Of a stretch of DNA of 64,000 bases, positions 1 through 8,804 are shown in pieces (positions within the stretch are counted from its first letter, which is position 1; each line of letters begins with the position of its first letter). The stretch comes from a virus (lineage: Duplodnaviria; Caudoviricetes): the IMG/VR virus record IMGVR_UViG_3300032321_002024, positions 160,001 to 224,000 of that record, one strand, 5' to 3'. The notes under the pieces were generated by a model. The model saw only the letters and a program-made list of their open reading frames with translations, did not search any database and was not told where the DNA came from. Position numbers and translations under genes: made by a program.

Positions 1-231
1 TTTATCTTCTAATCCTGTTAAATAAAATACGATTTCATTTGAAGAGGTATAAGCATTCCATTCTATTCCGTCACGGTCAAAATCTTCCTGTAAGTGGTCA
101 AAGTTTTTGCACATAAGGTGCTCCATTAGGTGACTCATCCCATACCATCCTTTCTTTTCTAAATTTGTGGAACCTTCATATACCACATAAAATCCTGAAA
201 GATCTGTTTGACTTTTTAAATTAGTTATCAT
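1..231 (-). CDS. M16 (insulinase-family) zinc peptidase, N-terminal part (runs off window)
   Basis: Manual translation from ATG at 231: MITNLKSQTDLSGFYVVYEGS...GMSHLMEHLMCK...WNAYTS; inverted HxxEH zinc motif and NAxT motif. Confidence 0.85.
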   Translation of the reverse strand, partial: MITNLKSQTDLSGFYVVYEGSTNLEKKGWYGMSHLMEHLMCKNFDHLQEDFDRDGIEWNAYTSSNEIVFYLTGLEDK

Positions 232-247
232 TTTGTATTTTTAATTT

Positions 248-1324
248 TTAATCTTCTTTGAACGTTCCCCAAATAATTAAATCGTCAGTATCTGTTAGTT
301 CAATATCTAAAGAGAATCCTTCCATTTCTTTTACAAATTCAGCAGAAGCCATTTCAATATCACTATGTTTTACTTCTTCAATTCCATTTAGTTTAAGTAT
401 TTCTAAACATAATTTATCTATGTCAATAATGATTCTATCTTCTTCTACAATAGAAAAATCATCTAATTTAAATTGTCTTATTAAACCTCTTATTTCTTCT
501 CTGGTCAGCATGTTGTCAATACCAAGAATTTGTTTAGGTTCTTTGAATGCTATAGCATATAGTATTTTACCACAGATTGATGTAAATTCTTCTTCAATAT
601 ATTTTTGAAAATCATTCATAGCTTCTTCTTTAAGCCAATTTTCATCTATTTGACATTGTTTCATCCAAAGTTTTCCATATTCGGTTTGATGATATCCATA
701 TCTATATCTGATAAAAGCTTCTGAGTAATCCAGACCATTTTCCCATCCGTCAATATCTCCCCAACCTGCACCACCGAGTTGAACAATATTTGTATTAAGT
801 CCTAATTTTTCAAATAATTTATAAAGATAAAAATCAACTGCAGCATTTTGTGAATCTAGTGAGGATCCAACTGAAAACGGTGTTATGATGTCATCATACT
901 GTTGACGGAAATAAGCGAACTGTGTTGAATTGTTTGTGTGTAACTTTGGAAATATCAATTTATTTTTCACACTTAATATGATACTCTTCATTGGTTCTCT
1001 ATTTATAGCATAACTTCCACCTACATAAAGGTCAACTATGTCATATCCACAGTTTTTATTACTTTCTTCTGAGAAAATATCTTTCAACTTTTCTAAAGTA
1101 AATCCTTTTTCATCCAAATATTTTTGAATTTTTTGAAAATCTTCTTCTGGATTTCTATTTATTTTTTTACACATATCTGAGTAATTACCAGTGAAACCGA
1201 AATCAGAATAATCTAATTCGATAAGTTCGTTCCAGAATTTACCTCTTTCTACAAGTAAATTGATTACTTCATCTGTTATTTCAACAGATTCATTAATAAA
1301 GTGATTATATCTTCTTAATTTCAT
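248..1324 (-). CDS. hypothetical protein, putative head-packaged protein
   Basis: 358 aa ORF; N-terminus MKLRRYNHFINES; AAATATATA just upstream. Confidence 0.6.
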   Translation of the reverse strand: MKLRRYNHFINESVEITDEVINLLVERGKFWNELIELDYSDFGFTGNYSDMCKKINRNPEEDFQKIQKYLDEKGFTLEKLKDIFSEESNKNCGYDIVDLYVGGSYAINREPMKSIILSVKNKLIFPKLHTNNSTQFAYFRQQYDDIITPFSVGSSLDSQNAAVDFYLYKLFEKLGLNTNIVQLGGAGWGDIDGWENGLDYSEAFIRYRYGYHQTEYGKLWMKQCQIDENWLKEEAMNDFQKYIEEEFTSICGKILYAIAFKEPKQILGIDNMLTREEIRGLIRQFKLDDFSIVEEDRIIIDIDKLCLEILKLNGIEEVKHSDIEMASAEFVKEMEGFSLDIELTDTDDLIIWGTFKED

Positions 1325-1339
1325 AGAGTATATATTTAA

Positions 1340-2341
1340 TTAGAATTTTCTATTCTTGAGGTGCTCTATAAAATTAAAAGAATTGTCTTTGTTTATATTT
1401 ATCATATCATCAGTAACTTCAATTTCTTTTAATGATGATAAATCCATCTTTTTTAAGAAGTAAAGTTCTGAAGCATCTTTGTAATCTTCGCTAATAAATA
1501 TTTTAGTTTCAATATCATATTGATTAAAGAAATCTGAAAGTATAGCAGATGTTCTAAGTCCTACCTCGTCATTATCTGAAAAGAATTTAATCATCTTTGG
1601 TTTCTTTTCTAATAACTGATATAACTGAATTCCTGACCACATAGCTGATGAACAAGAAACTGATTTCTCACCTAATTCATAAATAGCCATTGTATCAAAT
1701 ACACCTTCTGTAATCCAAAATTCATCACCATCTTCAATTTTATCTAATCCCCAAACAGGAATATCTGGACAAGCTAAAGTATATTTAAGAGTTCTTGTAG
1801 AACCGTTACTCTCTAATCCAATTTTTCTTACAGCACAATTGATTAGATTTTCATCCTTATCAAAAAGAGGTATAACAATACCACCACTTTCAATAGCATC
1901 ATTTAAGAACTTTGACATTGTTGGATGAACAGTAGCTCCAATTATTTCCAATTCTCTTTTATCTTTAATTTGAGAGAGTCCGAAAAGTTTCCATTTCCAC
2001 ATAACTTCTTGACCAACACCTCTATCAAAAAGAAAGTGAGTTTCATCATAAGAGAATTTACCAACATTTAAATAAAAGTCCTCTGATAGTTCTTTTAAAT
2101 CATTTGAGTTAACTAATATATCATTTGAATTTTCATTAATTTCATTTATATTTACCTCAACCATTCTATCATCGGATTGAAACTTAGATTTTGAATTTTT
2201 TAAAATCCTTTCTAATTTCGTCAATGTGAATGGATTTATACCTTTTGGTATGAAGTTTTTTACAACACCATTAACAGAACGGTTGTTGTAAAGTATAAAT
2301 CCGAGTTCTTCTGGGGTCCAGTTCATTAAAATATTAGTCAA
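1340..2341 (-). CDS. DNA primase-like TOPRIM protein
   Basis: ITEGVFD, FSDNDEVG and KDASE TOPRIM/primase motifs. Confidence 0.75.
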   Translation of the reverse strand: MTNILMNWTPEELGFILYNNRSVNGVVKNFIPKGINPFTLTKLERILKNSKSKFQSDDRMVEVNINEINENSNDILVNSNDLKELSEDFYLNVGKFSYDETHFLFDRGVGQEVMWKWKLFGLSQIKDKRELEIIGATVHPTMSKFLNDAIESGGIVIPLFDKDENLINCAVRKIGLESNGSTRTLKYTLACPDIPVWGLDKIEDGDEFWITEGVFDTMAIYELGEKSVSCSSAMWSGIQLYQLLEKKPKMIKFFSDNDEVGLRTSAILSDFFNQYDIETKIFISEDYKDASELYFLKKMDLSSLKEIEVTDDMININKDNSFNFIEHLKNRKF

Positions 2342-2345
2342 ATAT

Positions 2346-2376
2346 TTTGATTAGTTTATAAAAAGTTATATATTTG
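2346..2376 (+). promoter_or_regulatory. Bacteroidota-type sigmaA promoter
   Basis: TTTG-N19-TATATTTG upstream of coaE-like gene. Confidence 0.6.
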
Positions 2377-2393
2377 TAATATAATTTTTCATT

Positions 2394-3017
2394 ATGATAA
2401 AAGTAGGACTATCAGGTAATCGTTATTCGGGAAAGAATAGAGTTGTAAACATTTTCAAACAAATCGGAGTTCCGGTTTTTGAAGCCGATGTTATTCTAAA
2501 GTTTATTCTTCAACACAACTATGAACTACAAGCCGAAATCTCTGACAAATTAGGTAGAGTTTATTTTAAAAATGGTCTTCTTAATGAAGAAAAAGTAAAA
2601 TGTGATGGTAAATTTTCCGAAATATTGGAAATTGTAAAACCTGATTTGATGTCAACTTGGAATCGTTTTTTAAAGAAAAATAAAGGGGCTATTTATTGTA
2701 TTTTCCATTCATCAATTTTATTCGAGTCAAATTTGTATAAAGAAATGAACCAAAACATTTCAGTATTTGCTCCATTTTCTGATAGAGTTGATAGATGTAA
2801 GTATTTAACTAATAAGTCGGTTTCATCAATTTACTCACTGGTTAAAACGGAAATGGATGAGCTAGATAAAAATAAACTTTCTAAATATGTAATTCATAAC
2901 TATAATATCGATAATTCTTTCTACGGTGATGCTTTGACTCAAGTCAATCAAATTGACCAATTGATTATAGATAATTATCTCAAAGAGAATATGACCGAAA
3001 AAGTATTTGCACTATGA
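2394..3017 (+). CDS. coaE: dephospho-CoA kinase-like protein
   Basis: VGLSGNRYSGK P-loop, GVPVFEAD and ILFES motifs typical of CoaE. Confidence 0.75.
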   Translation: MIKVGLSGNRYSGKNRVVNIFKQIGVPVFEADVILKFILQHNYELQAEISDKLGRVYFKNGLLNEEKVKCDGKFSEILEIVKPDLMSTWNRFLKKNKGAIYCIFHSSILFESNLYKEMNQNISVFAPFSDRVDRCKYLTNKSVSSIYSLVKTEMDELDKNKLSKYVIHNYNIDNSFYGDALTQVNQIDQLIIDNYLKENMTEKVFAL

Positions 3018-3454
3018 AAAGAAGAATAAGAATGAAACTACTTTCTGAGTGTAAAAATAAACTTCAAGTTGTTAAGTTAATTAAAGACTGCACTGGATTA
3101 GGTTTAAGAGAGTCTAAAGATATCGCTGATGAAATGTTCAACCATATTGGTTTAGTCAAAGAAATTGAGTTAAGAGAGCCTTATATAAAAGAAGGTAAAA
3201 CTTTTAATCCATATGAAGAATTCGCAAAAAACATTCAAGATTTTGGTCATTTTCATGTCACCGGTGGATTATCTTGGGAAAGAGATGCAAAAATGTTAGG
3301 AATTGGTGTCGGTGATGTTGAAGATTATGCTAACTTTGTATCTGAGTATATGAGTTATAATAACTCTGATGAAAATAAAATGATTTTAGAAGTTCTTTTT
3401 TCTAAATTAAAGAAAGAAGATTTAGTTGAATTAGTAAATCAAATCAAAATATAA
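3014..3454 (+). CDS. ribosomal protein L7/L12 C-terminal-like domain protein
   Basis: NKLQVVKLIKDCTGLGLRESKDIAD matches the L7/L12 CTD signature KI.VIK.VR..TGLGLKEAK..V. Confidence 0.7.
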   Translation: MKRRIRMKLLSECKNKLQVVKLIKDCTGLGLRESKDIADEMFNHIGLVKEIELREPYIKEGKTFNPYEEFAKNIQDFGHFHVTGGLSWERDAKMLGIGVGDVEDYANFVSEYMSYNNSDENKMILEVLFSKLKKEDLVELVNQIKI

Positions 3455-3455
3455 T

Positions 3456-3851
3456 ATGGCAAACGCATTTATACACGCAAAATCATCAGCTCGTCGTTAT
3501 GGTGGTGAACCAGACGACTACCTAGCAATTCATATCAAAATGGATTGTTCAAAGGCTTACGTTGCTGATAACAGGCACCGTGCGCTCACTCATACCAACT
3601 TTTGGATCCACGAAGTAATGCTTCCGATTTTTGGATACACATTCACAAATTCCGCAGGAAAAATAGTATCTGTAAAAGATGTTTGTGAACAACACATACT
3701 TGAAGATTTCGGTATGAAATTCATACCCACGGCACAGGACTACATTGAGAATATGGAATTCAAAGACTGGATGCAAAATGGAATTAAAGGACACCCATCT
3801 TCGTTTAGGAAATTAGCAGATAAAGGAAATATTAAAGTAAATTTAGACTAA
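3456..3851 (+). CDS. conserved phage protein (DUF6915-like, His-rich)
   Basis: HAKSSARRYGG...HRALTH...EQHILED pattern recalled from a phage DUF family. Confidence 0.55.
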   Translation: MANAFIHAKSSARRYGGEPDDYLAIHIKMDCSKAYVADNRHRALTHTNFWIHEVMLPIFGYTFTNSAGKIVSVKDVCEQHILEDFGMKFIPTAQDYIENMEFKDWMQNGIKGHPSSFRKLADKGNIKVNLD

Positions 3852-3852
3852 T

Positions 3853-4026
3853 ATGGAAAAAATAATTTACTCTTCTACGATCTCATTAATATTACATATT
3901 TTTATGTTTTATTTTTGTTGGACTTATTGGTCACTTCCCCTAATTATTTTTTGGGCCTTATTTATTGTTTTATATACTGAGAAAAGATATAATTGGAAAA
4001 AATTTAAAAATTCACAAAAATGGTAA
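3853..4026 (+). CDS. small membrane protein (57 aa, not in ORF track)
   Basis: Manual translation MEKIIYSSTISLILHIFMFYFCWTYWSLPLIIFWALFIVLYTEKRYNWKKFKNSQKW; fills the gap in the operon. Confidence 0.55.
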   Translation: MEKIIYSSTISLILHIFMFYFCWTYWSLPLIIFWALFIVLYTEKRYNWKKFKNSQKW

Positions 4027-4742
4027 TAGTAGCATTAAAAAACACAACAAAACTAGTAAAAGGAGCTCGTTATGAAGTTTATCAACTTAACAATTCAACA
4101 ACTACAACAGGATCATACCGTAGAAACAGAGTTTGGATTAAAGGACTTGGCGGTTATGATGTAAAAGGTTTTTCTGATACAAATGGAAATCCCTTACCTC
4201 AAATTGATATTAAGCCGACATTTGTTGAAATTCCAAAATTAGAGTTTGAGTCTCTTAAAAAAGGAGACCTAATTGTTTGTAATAGCAATGGTTATAAAAC
4301 TCTTGTTCCTAACGCAAAGTATAAAATTACAGACTTAAAAGTTGATAAAGTAGAATATACCGCTTGGAATGGAACCAAAGGTGTTAGAAATTATCCTAAA
4401 GTAAAATTTGAAGGTGTTAACCGTTGGTTTGATTTTAGCTATTGGAAATTTAGAGGATTATCTACTGAAGAAATTAGAGAGATTTCTTTAAGTCAAGTTT
4501 TAGAAGGAAAAGATCCAGAAATCATCAAAACTGATAAGTTAAGAAAAATTGACCACGTTAAGAATAAAGACAAAGAACTTATTCTTTATTTATCTAAAGC
4601 AATTTTTGATTCTAATAGAAATAACATGGACATTATTGGATGGGCCTCTAAGATGGGTTCAAAAATGGGAATTGAAAGAAAAGATTATGATTATCTTTTA
4701 AATCTACCACTTAAAGAAATTATTGAAAAATTTGAAAACTAA
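4020..4742 (+). CDS. hypothetical protein
   Basis: 240 aa ORF in operon. Confidence 0.7.
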   Translation: MVIVALKNTTKLVKGARYEVYQLNNSTTTTGSYRRNRVWIKGLGGYDVKGFSDTNGNPLPQIDIKPTFVEIPKLEFESLKKGDLIVCNSNGYKTLVPNAKYKITDLKVDKVEYTAWNGTKGVRNYPKVKFEGVNRWFDFSYWKFRGLSTEEIREISLSQVLEGKDPEIIKTDKLRKIDHVKNKDKELILYLSKAIFDSNRNNMDIIGWASKMGSKMGIERKDYDYLLNLPLKEIIEKFEN

Positions 4743-4748
4743 ATAAAT

Positions 4749-5240
4749 ATGAATTACCAAGAAAAATTAAAAACACTAAGAGAAAAAAATTCTGAAGTTT
4801 ATAAACTTAAGTCAGAGATTATTGACATTTCTTCTGATATCTTTGAAGAATTCTACAAATATATTTTTGAGAAGTATCCTACATTAGAATCTTTTGGATG
4901 GACGCAATACACACCTTACTTTAATGACGGAGAATCTTGCATTTTTTATGCAAACACCAGCTATTTAAGTGTTAATCAAGAGTGTGTTGATGAGGCTGAT
5001 TGGTCTCAAAAAACAAAAGTTCTTAATTGGGGAACTTGGAATAAAGATACAAAAAAATACGAAGGTCGTGTTGAAGAAGATAATGTAGATTATGATCCAA
5101 TTTTGACTGAAGCATCAAATGAGATTGTAAATTTCTTAGAACAATTTGATAATGATTTTTATTTGATTAAGTTTGGAGACCATGCTGAAATTACAGTAAA
5201 TAAAAACGGTGTTGACATTTCAGATTATGACCACGATTAA
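4749..5240 (+). CDS. hypothetical phage protein
   Basis: 163 aa; WTQYTPYFNDG...FGDH conserved-looking motifs. Confidence 0.7.
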   Translation: MNYQEKLKTLREKNSEVYKLKSEIIDISSDIFEEFYKYIFEKYPTLESFGWTQYTPYFNDGESCIFYANTSYLSVNQECVDEADWSQKTKVLNWGTWNKDTKKYEGRVEEDNVDYDPILTEASNEIVNFLEQFDNDFYLIKFGDHAEITVNKNGVDISDYDHD

Positions 5241-5508
5241 GATACTTTTATTTTCTGTTCTTTTAAGTTTTAATTTGTTCTCACAAGATACAACAAAATT
5301 AATGAGACAACATTTGATAGGTGGTTGTGTTATGGTAACCGCATCAATTATGCCTTACTCGGTTGCTTACCAGACTTATATTTATAATAAACAAAATCCA
5401 TACTCATATCTTTATACTGGAGTTTGGTTTTCATTTGGATTGGTTTTAGACATATCAGCGACTAATCATTTCATCCAATATCATAAATTAAAAAAGAAAT
5501 ATAAATGA
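5227..5508 (+). CDS. membrane protein
   Basis: Signal-peptide-like N-terminus plus two hydrophobic segments; ATG 5227 preferred. Confidence 0.6.
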   Translation: MTTIKILLFSVLLSFNLFSQDTTKLMRQHLIGGCVMVTASIMPYSVAYQTYIYNKQNPYSYLYTGVWFSFGLVLDISATNHFIQYHKLKKKYK

Positions 5509-5735
5509 GATATAAAAAAGGAGATATTGTAATTTGTGTAACTAATAAGATGTATGGAATGACATACCTATTAGAGGAAGGCGAACAATATCGAATTGAT
5601 GATTTTGTTGTGGTAGGTGAAAAAACCTTAGTAAGTGTAAGTAAATCAGGAGAACACGTTAGTATATTTGATGATAAACATTTTATGCCATTAGATGTTT
5701 GGAGAGAATTTCAACTAAGAAAATTATTGAAATAA
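5505..5735 (+). CDS. hypothetical protein with C-terminal REFQLRKLL motif
   Basis: 76 aa ORF overlapping the previous stop. Confidence 0.65.
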   Translation: MRYKKGDIVICVTNKMYGMTYLLEEGEQYRIDDFVVVGEKTLVSVSKSGEHVSIFDDKHFMPLDVWREFQLRKLLK

Positions 5736-5762
5736 AAAAAGAGACGTTAAACATCTCTTTTA
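5734..5762. terminator. bidirectional intrinsic terminator
   Basis: AAAAAAAGAGAcGTT-AACaTCTCTTTT hairpin between convergent genes. Confidence 0.65.
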
Positions 5763-6008
5763 AACCATTTCCCAGATTTCAGTTTCAACATCTTTTTCTA
5801 ATATAGAATTATCAGAGTTGACTAAATTAATAAGGTTTTTCATTTTAGACTCTAAAACAGACCAATCAGAGTGATTAATGAAGTTGGAGTAGTCTTCGTC
5901 GTGTAATAAATTATCAACTGGAAAAACGAAATTACCATCAACATTGATGAATATCATTTTACACATTTCAACAAATTTATCTTTGATATCTAAGTCTGAA
6001 TTAATCAT
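5760..6008 (-). CDS. hypothetical protein
   Basis: ORF; ATG 6008 preferred. Confidence 0.55.
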   Translation of the reverse strand: MINSDLDIKDKFVEMCKMIFINVDGNFVFPVDNLLHDEDYSNFINHSDWSVLESKMKNLINLVNSDNSILEKDVETEIWEMV

Positions 6009-6027
6009 ATACAAATATAAGGAAATT

Positions 6028-6519
6028 TTATAGAATATCAATGAATTTTATAACACCATTTCCTTTTTTTCCTGGTAAAATTGTAATAATTCTTACTTCA
6101 TAGATACCATCTGAATATTCGTCTATATCAAAATGTATTATAATTGTAAAGTTATATTCTTTTGAATAAAGTGAGTATCTACCAGATACATAAATTTCTT
6201 TTCCAACCATATCAGGAAATATTCTATTGAACTCGCCTTTAAAATATTGATTAAAATCCTCAACACTTCCAAATGATGTTCTTTCTTTAATCCTTTTTAC
6301 CAAGTTGTGTGTGGCTGAATCATTCCAATTTATTTCAAATTGAATCTTTTTATTATTTACTCTTTTCTTAAGTGTTATAAATCTTACTAATTTTTTATTT
6401 ATATCAAATTCAGCATCTTTTATATCTGTCATTTGTTTCACTAAATCACCATCACCCTTAATATTAAGAACATCAGCTAATCTAGCCTCACAAAATAAAT
6501 CAAATTTTGTAATAATCAT
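6028..6519 (-). CDS. hypothetical protein, putative head-packaged protein
   Basis: N-terminus MIITKFDLFCEA; TATATA motif immediately upstream. Confidence 0.6.
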   Translation of the reverse strand: MIITKFDLFCEARLADVLNIKGDGDLVKQMTDIKDAEFDINKKLVRFITLKKRVNNKKIQFEINWNDSATHNLVKRIKERTSFGSVEDFNQYFKGEFNRIFPDMVGKEIYVSGRYSLYSKEYNFTIIIHFDIDEYSDGIYEVRIITILPGKKGNGVIKFIDIL

Positions 6520-6530
6520 TTAGTATATAT

Positions 6531-6564
6531 AAAAAAAACCTCAGATTAAATCTGAGGTTTTTTT
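6531..6564. terminator. intrinsic terminator after the S1 gene
   Basis: AAAAAAAACCTCAGAT-TAA-ATCTGAGGTTTTTTT perfect hairpin with A/T tracts. Confidence 0.8.
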
Positions 6565-6569
6565 AAATC

Positions 6570-7646
6570 TTATCCTATAGTCAGGAAGATTTTTCGTGAG
6601 GCTCTATCAACAGATAGAACCTTTACTTTCACTTCTTGGTCTGCTTGAAATCTCATTTTCAATTTTTCCATTTCAGAAGTGTGAATCAAACCGACTGTTT
6701 CATCGTCAAGACTTACTAAAGTTCCAAATTGTTTAACATCTTTGACAACACCTTTAAGTGTTTGTCCGTTTTTGATGTTATCCCAAAGAGTTTCTCGTAA
6801 AATTTGAGTAAGAATAATCTTTTCTCTTACGATCTCTTTGATATAGAACTCGATTTCGAAACCTGGTTTGATATCTTTTAATCTTTCTTGCCAATCAGGA
6901 TGAACATTCGCTTTGTGAATCATACCAGTCAAACACTCGTTAAACTCAACAAAGACACCAAAAGGAGTAGTTCCCGTAACGTGACCAGTGTAAGTTAGTT
7001 CGTAATTTAATTCCTTAATTGCTTTTGGAATCAATGTTTGAAGATATTTTCTTCTACTTACAATGTAAGTTCCTTCTTGTTCAGCATAAGACTCAATCAT
7101 AACTTCAAATGTGCTTCCTACAATTGAGTTAACATCATATAGTTTATTGATACCCGCTAGTGTGTTTGGCATAAACCCTGGTAATGTTACTCCACCGTGA
7201 GTCAATTCAACATCATATCCAGCTGGATTCAATGATTTAATGTGTGCTAAAACAGATTCCCCCTCTTTCAATGATTTAAGAGTTTGGTGAGCTCTGTTTT
7301 CATAAAGTGTAGAAATGCTTCCTTTGATATAAAAATTATCATGATTGATATCAGTAATTAAAACATCAACAGATTCACCAAATTGTGAGTTCTTTAAGTA
7401 TTTACTCTCAGATAATTTGTTATCCACTCTTATATCATCTTTATATCCTGTCTTAGAAAAGACAAGACAGTCTTTTGTTTCACTCGTGAAAGTTGCGTTA
7501 ATAATTTGTCCAACTTGTGGCATTTCAACGAATGTTGATTCGTAAAGTTTAGAAAGTTCTATTTCTTGTTGAGTTTTTTTCTTTGTTCTGAAAGAGTCCT
7601 GTTCAAATAAGAACTCTAAATCTGGGTTTCCAATTGTTTGTGTCAT
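6570..7646 (-). CDS. rpsA: ribosomal protein S1-like multi-S1-domain RNA-binding protein
   Basis: Tandem S1 domains (GHVTGTTPFGVFVEF..GMIH; GVVKDVKQFGTLVSL..GLIHTSEM; VKVKVLSVD..RKIFL). Confidence 0.8.
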   Translation of the reverse strand: MTQTIGNPDLEFLFEQDSFRTKKKTQQEIELSKLYESTFVEMPQVGQIINATFTSETKDCLVFSKTGYKDDIRVDNKLSESKYLKNSQFGESVDVLITDINHDNFYIKGSISTLYENRAHQTLKSLKEGESVLAHIKSLNPAGYDVELTHGGVTLPGFMPNTLAGINKLYDVNSIVGSTFEVMIESYAEQEGTYIVSRRKYLQTLIPKAIKELNYELTYTGHVTGTTPFGVFVEFNECLTGMIHKANVHPDWQERLKDIKPGFEIEFYIKEIVREKIILTQILRETLWDNIKNGQTLKGVVKDVKQFGTLVSLDDETVGLIHTSEMEKLKMRFQADQEVKVKVLSVDRASRKIFLTIG

Positions 7647-7702
7647 ATTTTTTTATTTAAAAGTTAAAAATTCTATTCTTATTTAGTATTAAAGTTTACT
7701 TA

Positions 7703-8089
7703 TTAATCAATTTTTCTTTTGATATTCATTGATAGCATATAATCTCTAAGAGCAGCCGCTTCTTCATACTTCTCTTCTTTGATTAAAGCATCTAATTTTT
7801 CATTAAGAATTATAGTTAAGTTGATTGATTTATCATGTATAACAATTTCATTCATTTCTTCAAGTAGACTGTTATAAAAATCATCCATTTGATTAAGATT
7901 GTTAAAAGACTCTAAGTCTGAATTTGAGCATTTGTTAGATAGTTCATTCAATTTAAAACTTTTGTCTATCTTTCTCAAAAAATCTTTATTAAAAGCCGAA
8001 TTGTCTAAAAGATATTTAGACAAATGATATGGTCTGTTTTTAAACAGTTTTAAAAATGTAATTAGATTTCTTTGTGTTCTATCACTCAT
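7703..8089 (-). CDS. UVR (UvrB/C) coiled-coil domain protein
   Basis: LDALIKEEKYEEAAALRD motif. Confidence 0.65.
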   Translation of the reverse strand: MSDRTQRNLITFLKLFKNRPYHLSKYLLDNSAFNKDFLRKIDKSFKLNELSNKCSNSDLESFNNLNQMDDFYNSLLEEMNEIVIHDKSINLTIILNEKLDALIKEEKYEEAAALRDYMLSMNIKRKID

Positions 8090-8112
8090 AAACTTTATAT
8101 TATCATGGTAAT

Positions 8113-8802
8113 TTAAAGTTTAACTAAATTGACATTAAAAAAATAATCATATGAAAAGTCTTTACTTGATTGTTCCTGATTGAATGTTAGTTTAACTATT
8201 GAGTTATTTGTAGAGTATTCACTTTGAACTTTTGTAAGTTTATTTTCAACATCAGTAATGTTTTTGTTCCAAGTATTTTTAAGTCTTAAAATATTTTGAT
8301 TTCTAAGAGATTTATATGAGACAAATAAATCTATAGTTTCTACTTTGTATCTATCATAAACATTAAAGTCTATGTAATTCCTAATAGCAACATTAACATC
8401 ATCATAAATTGTCATGTCTTTTTTAATTCCTTCAAATGTTCTATACTTTTTCAAATTAGCAAATAAGAAATTCTTTATTATTTTTTCTAAATCTATAGTT
8501 AGAATCCACCTTGTATTTTCGGTTTTTTGATAAAGTGGTTGAGAGTCGTCAATAAATAATGTGTGATTTTGCTCTTTATCAGTTATTGATGAGTAATTGT
8601 AAGATTGAAGTGAAGATTCAATTGAAAAGTCAATTTGTTCACCGTTTGCATTTTGATAGTAAATTATTTCTTGATTAGAAATTATAATTGAATCCTCTAT
8701 TTCAAGCATCTTGGATCCAAAGAAATTACTTTCTTCTACCATATTAAAAGTTCCATAAACTCTAACACTTTTATATTCAGGTGAAATATAGTCTCTTCTC
8801 AT
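8113..8802 (-). CDS. probable virion structural protein
   Basis: 229 aa; co-transcribed with two giant late genes. Confidence 0.5.
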   Translation of the reverse strand: MRRDYISPEYKSVRVYGTFNMVEESNFFGSKMLEIEDSIIISNQEIIYYQNANGEQIDFSIESSLQSYNYSSITDKEQNHTLFIDDSQPLYQKTENTRWILTIDLEKIIKNFLFANLKKYRTFEGIKKDMTIYDDVNVAIRNYIDFNVYDRYKVETIDLFVSYKSLRNQNILRLKNTWNKNITDVENKLTKVQSEYSTNNSIVKLTFNQEQSSKDFSYDYFFNVNLVKL

Positions 8803-8804
8803 TT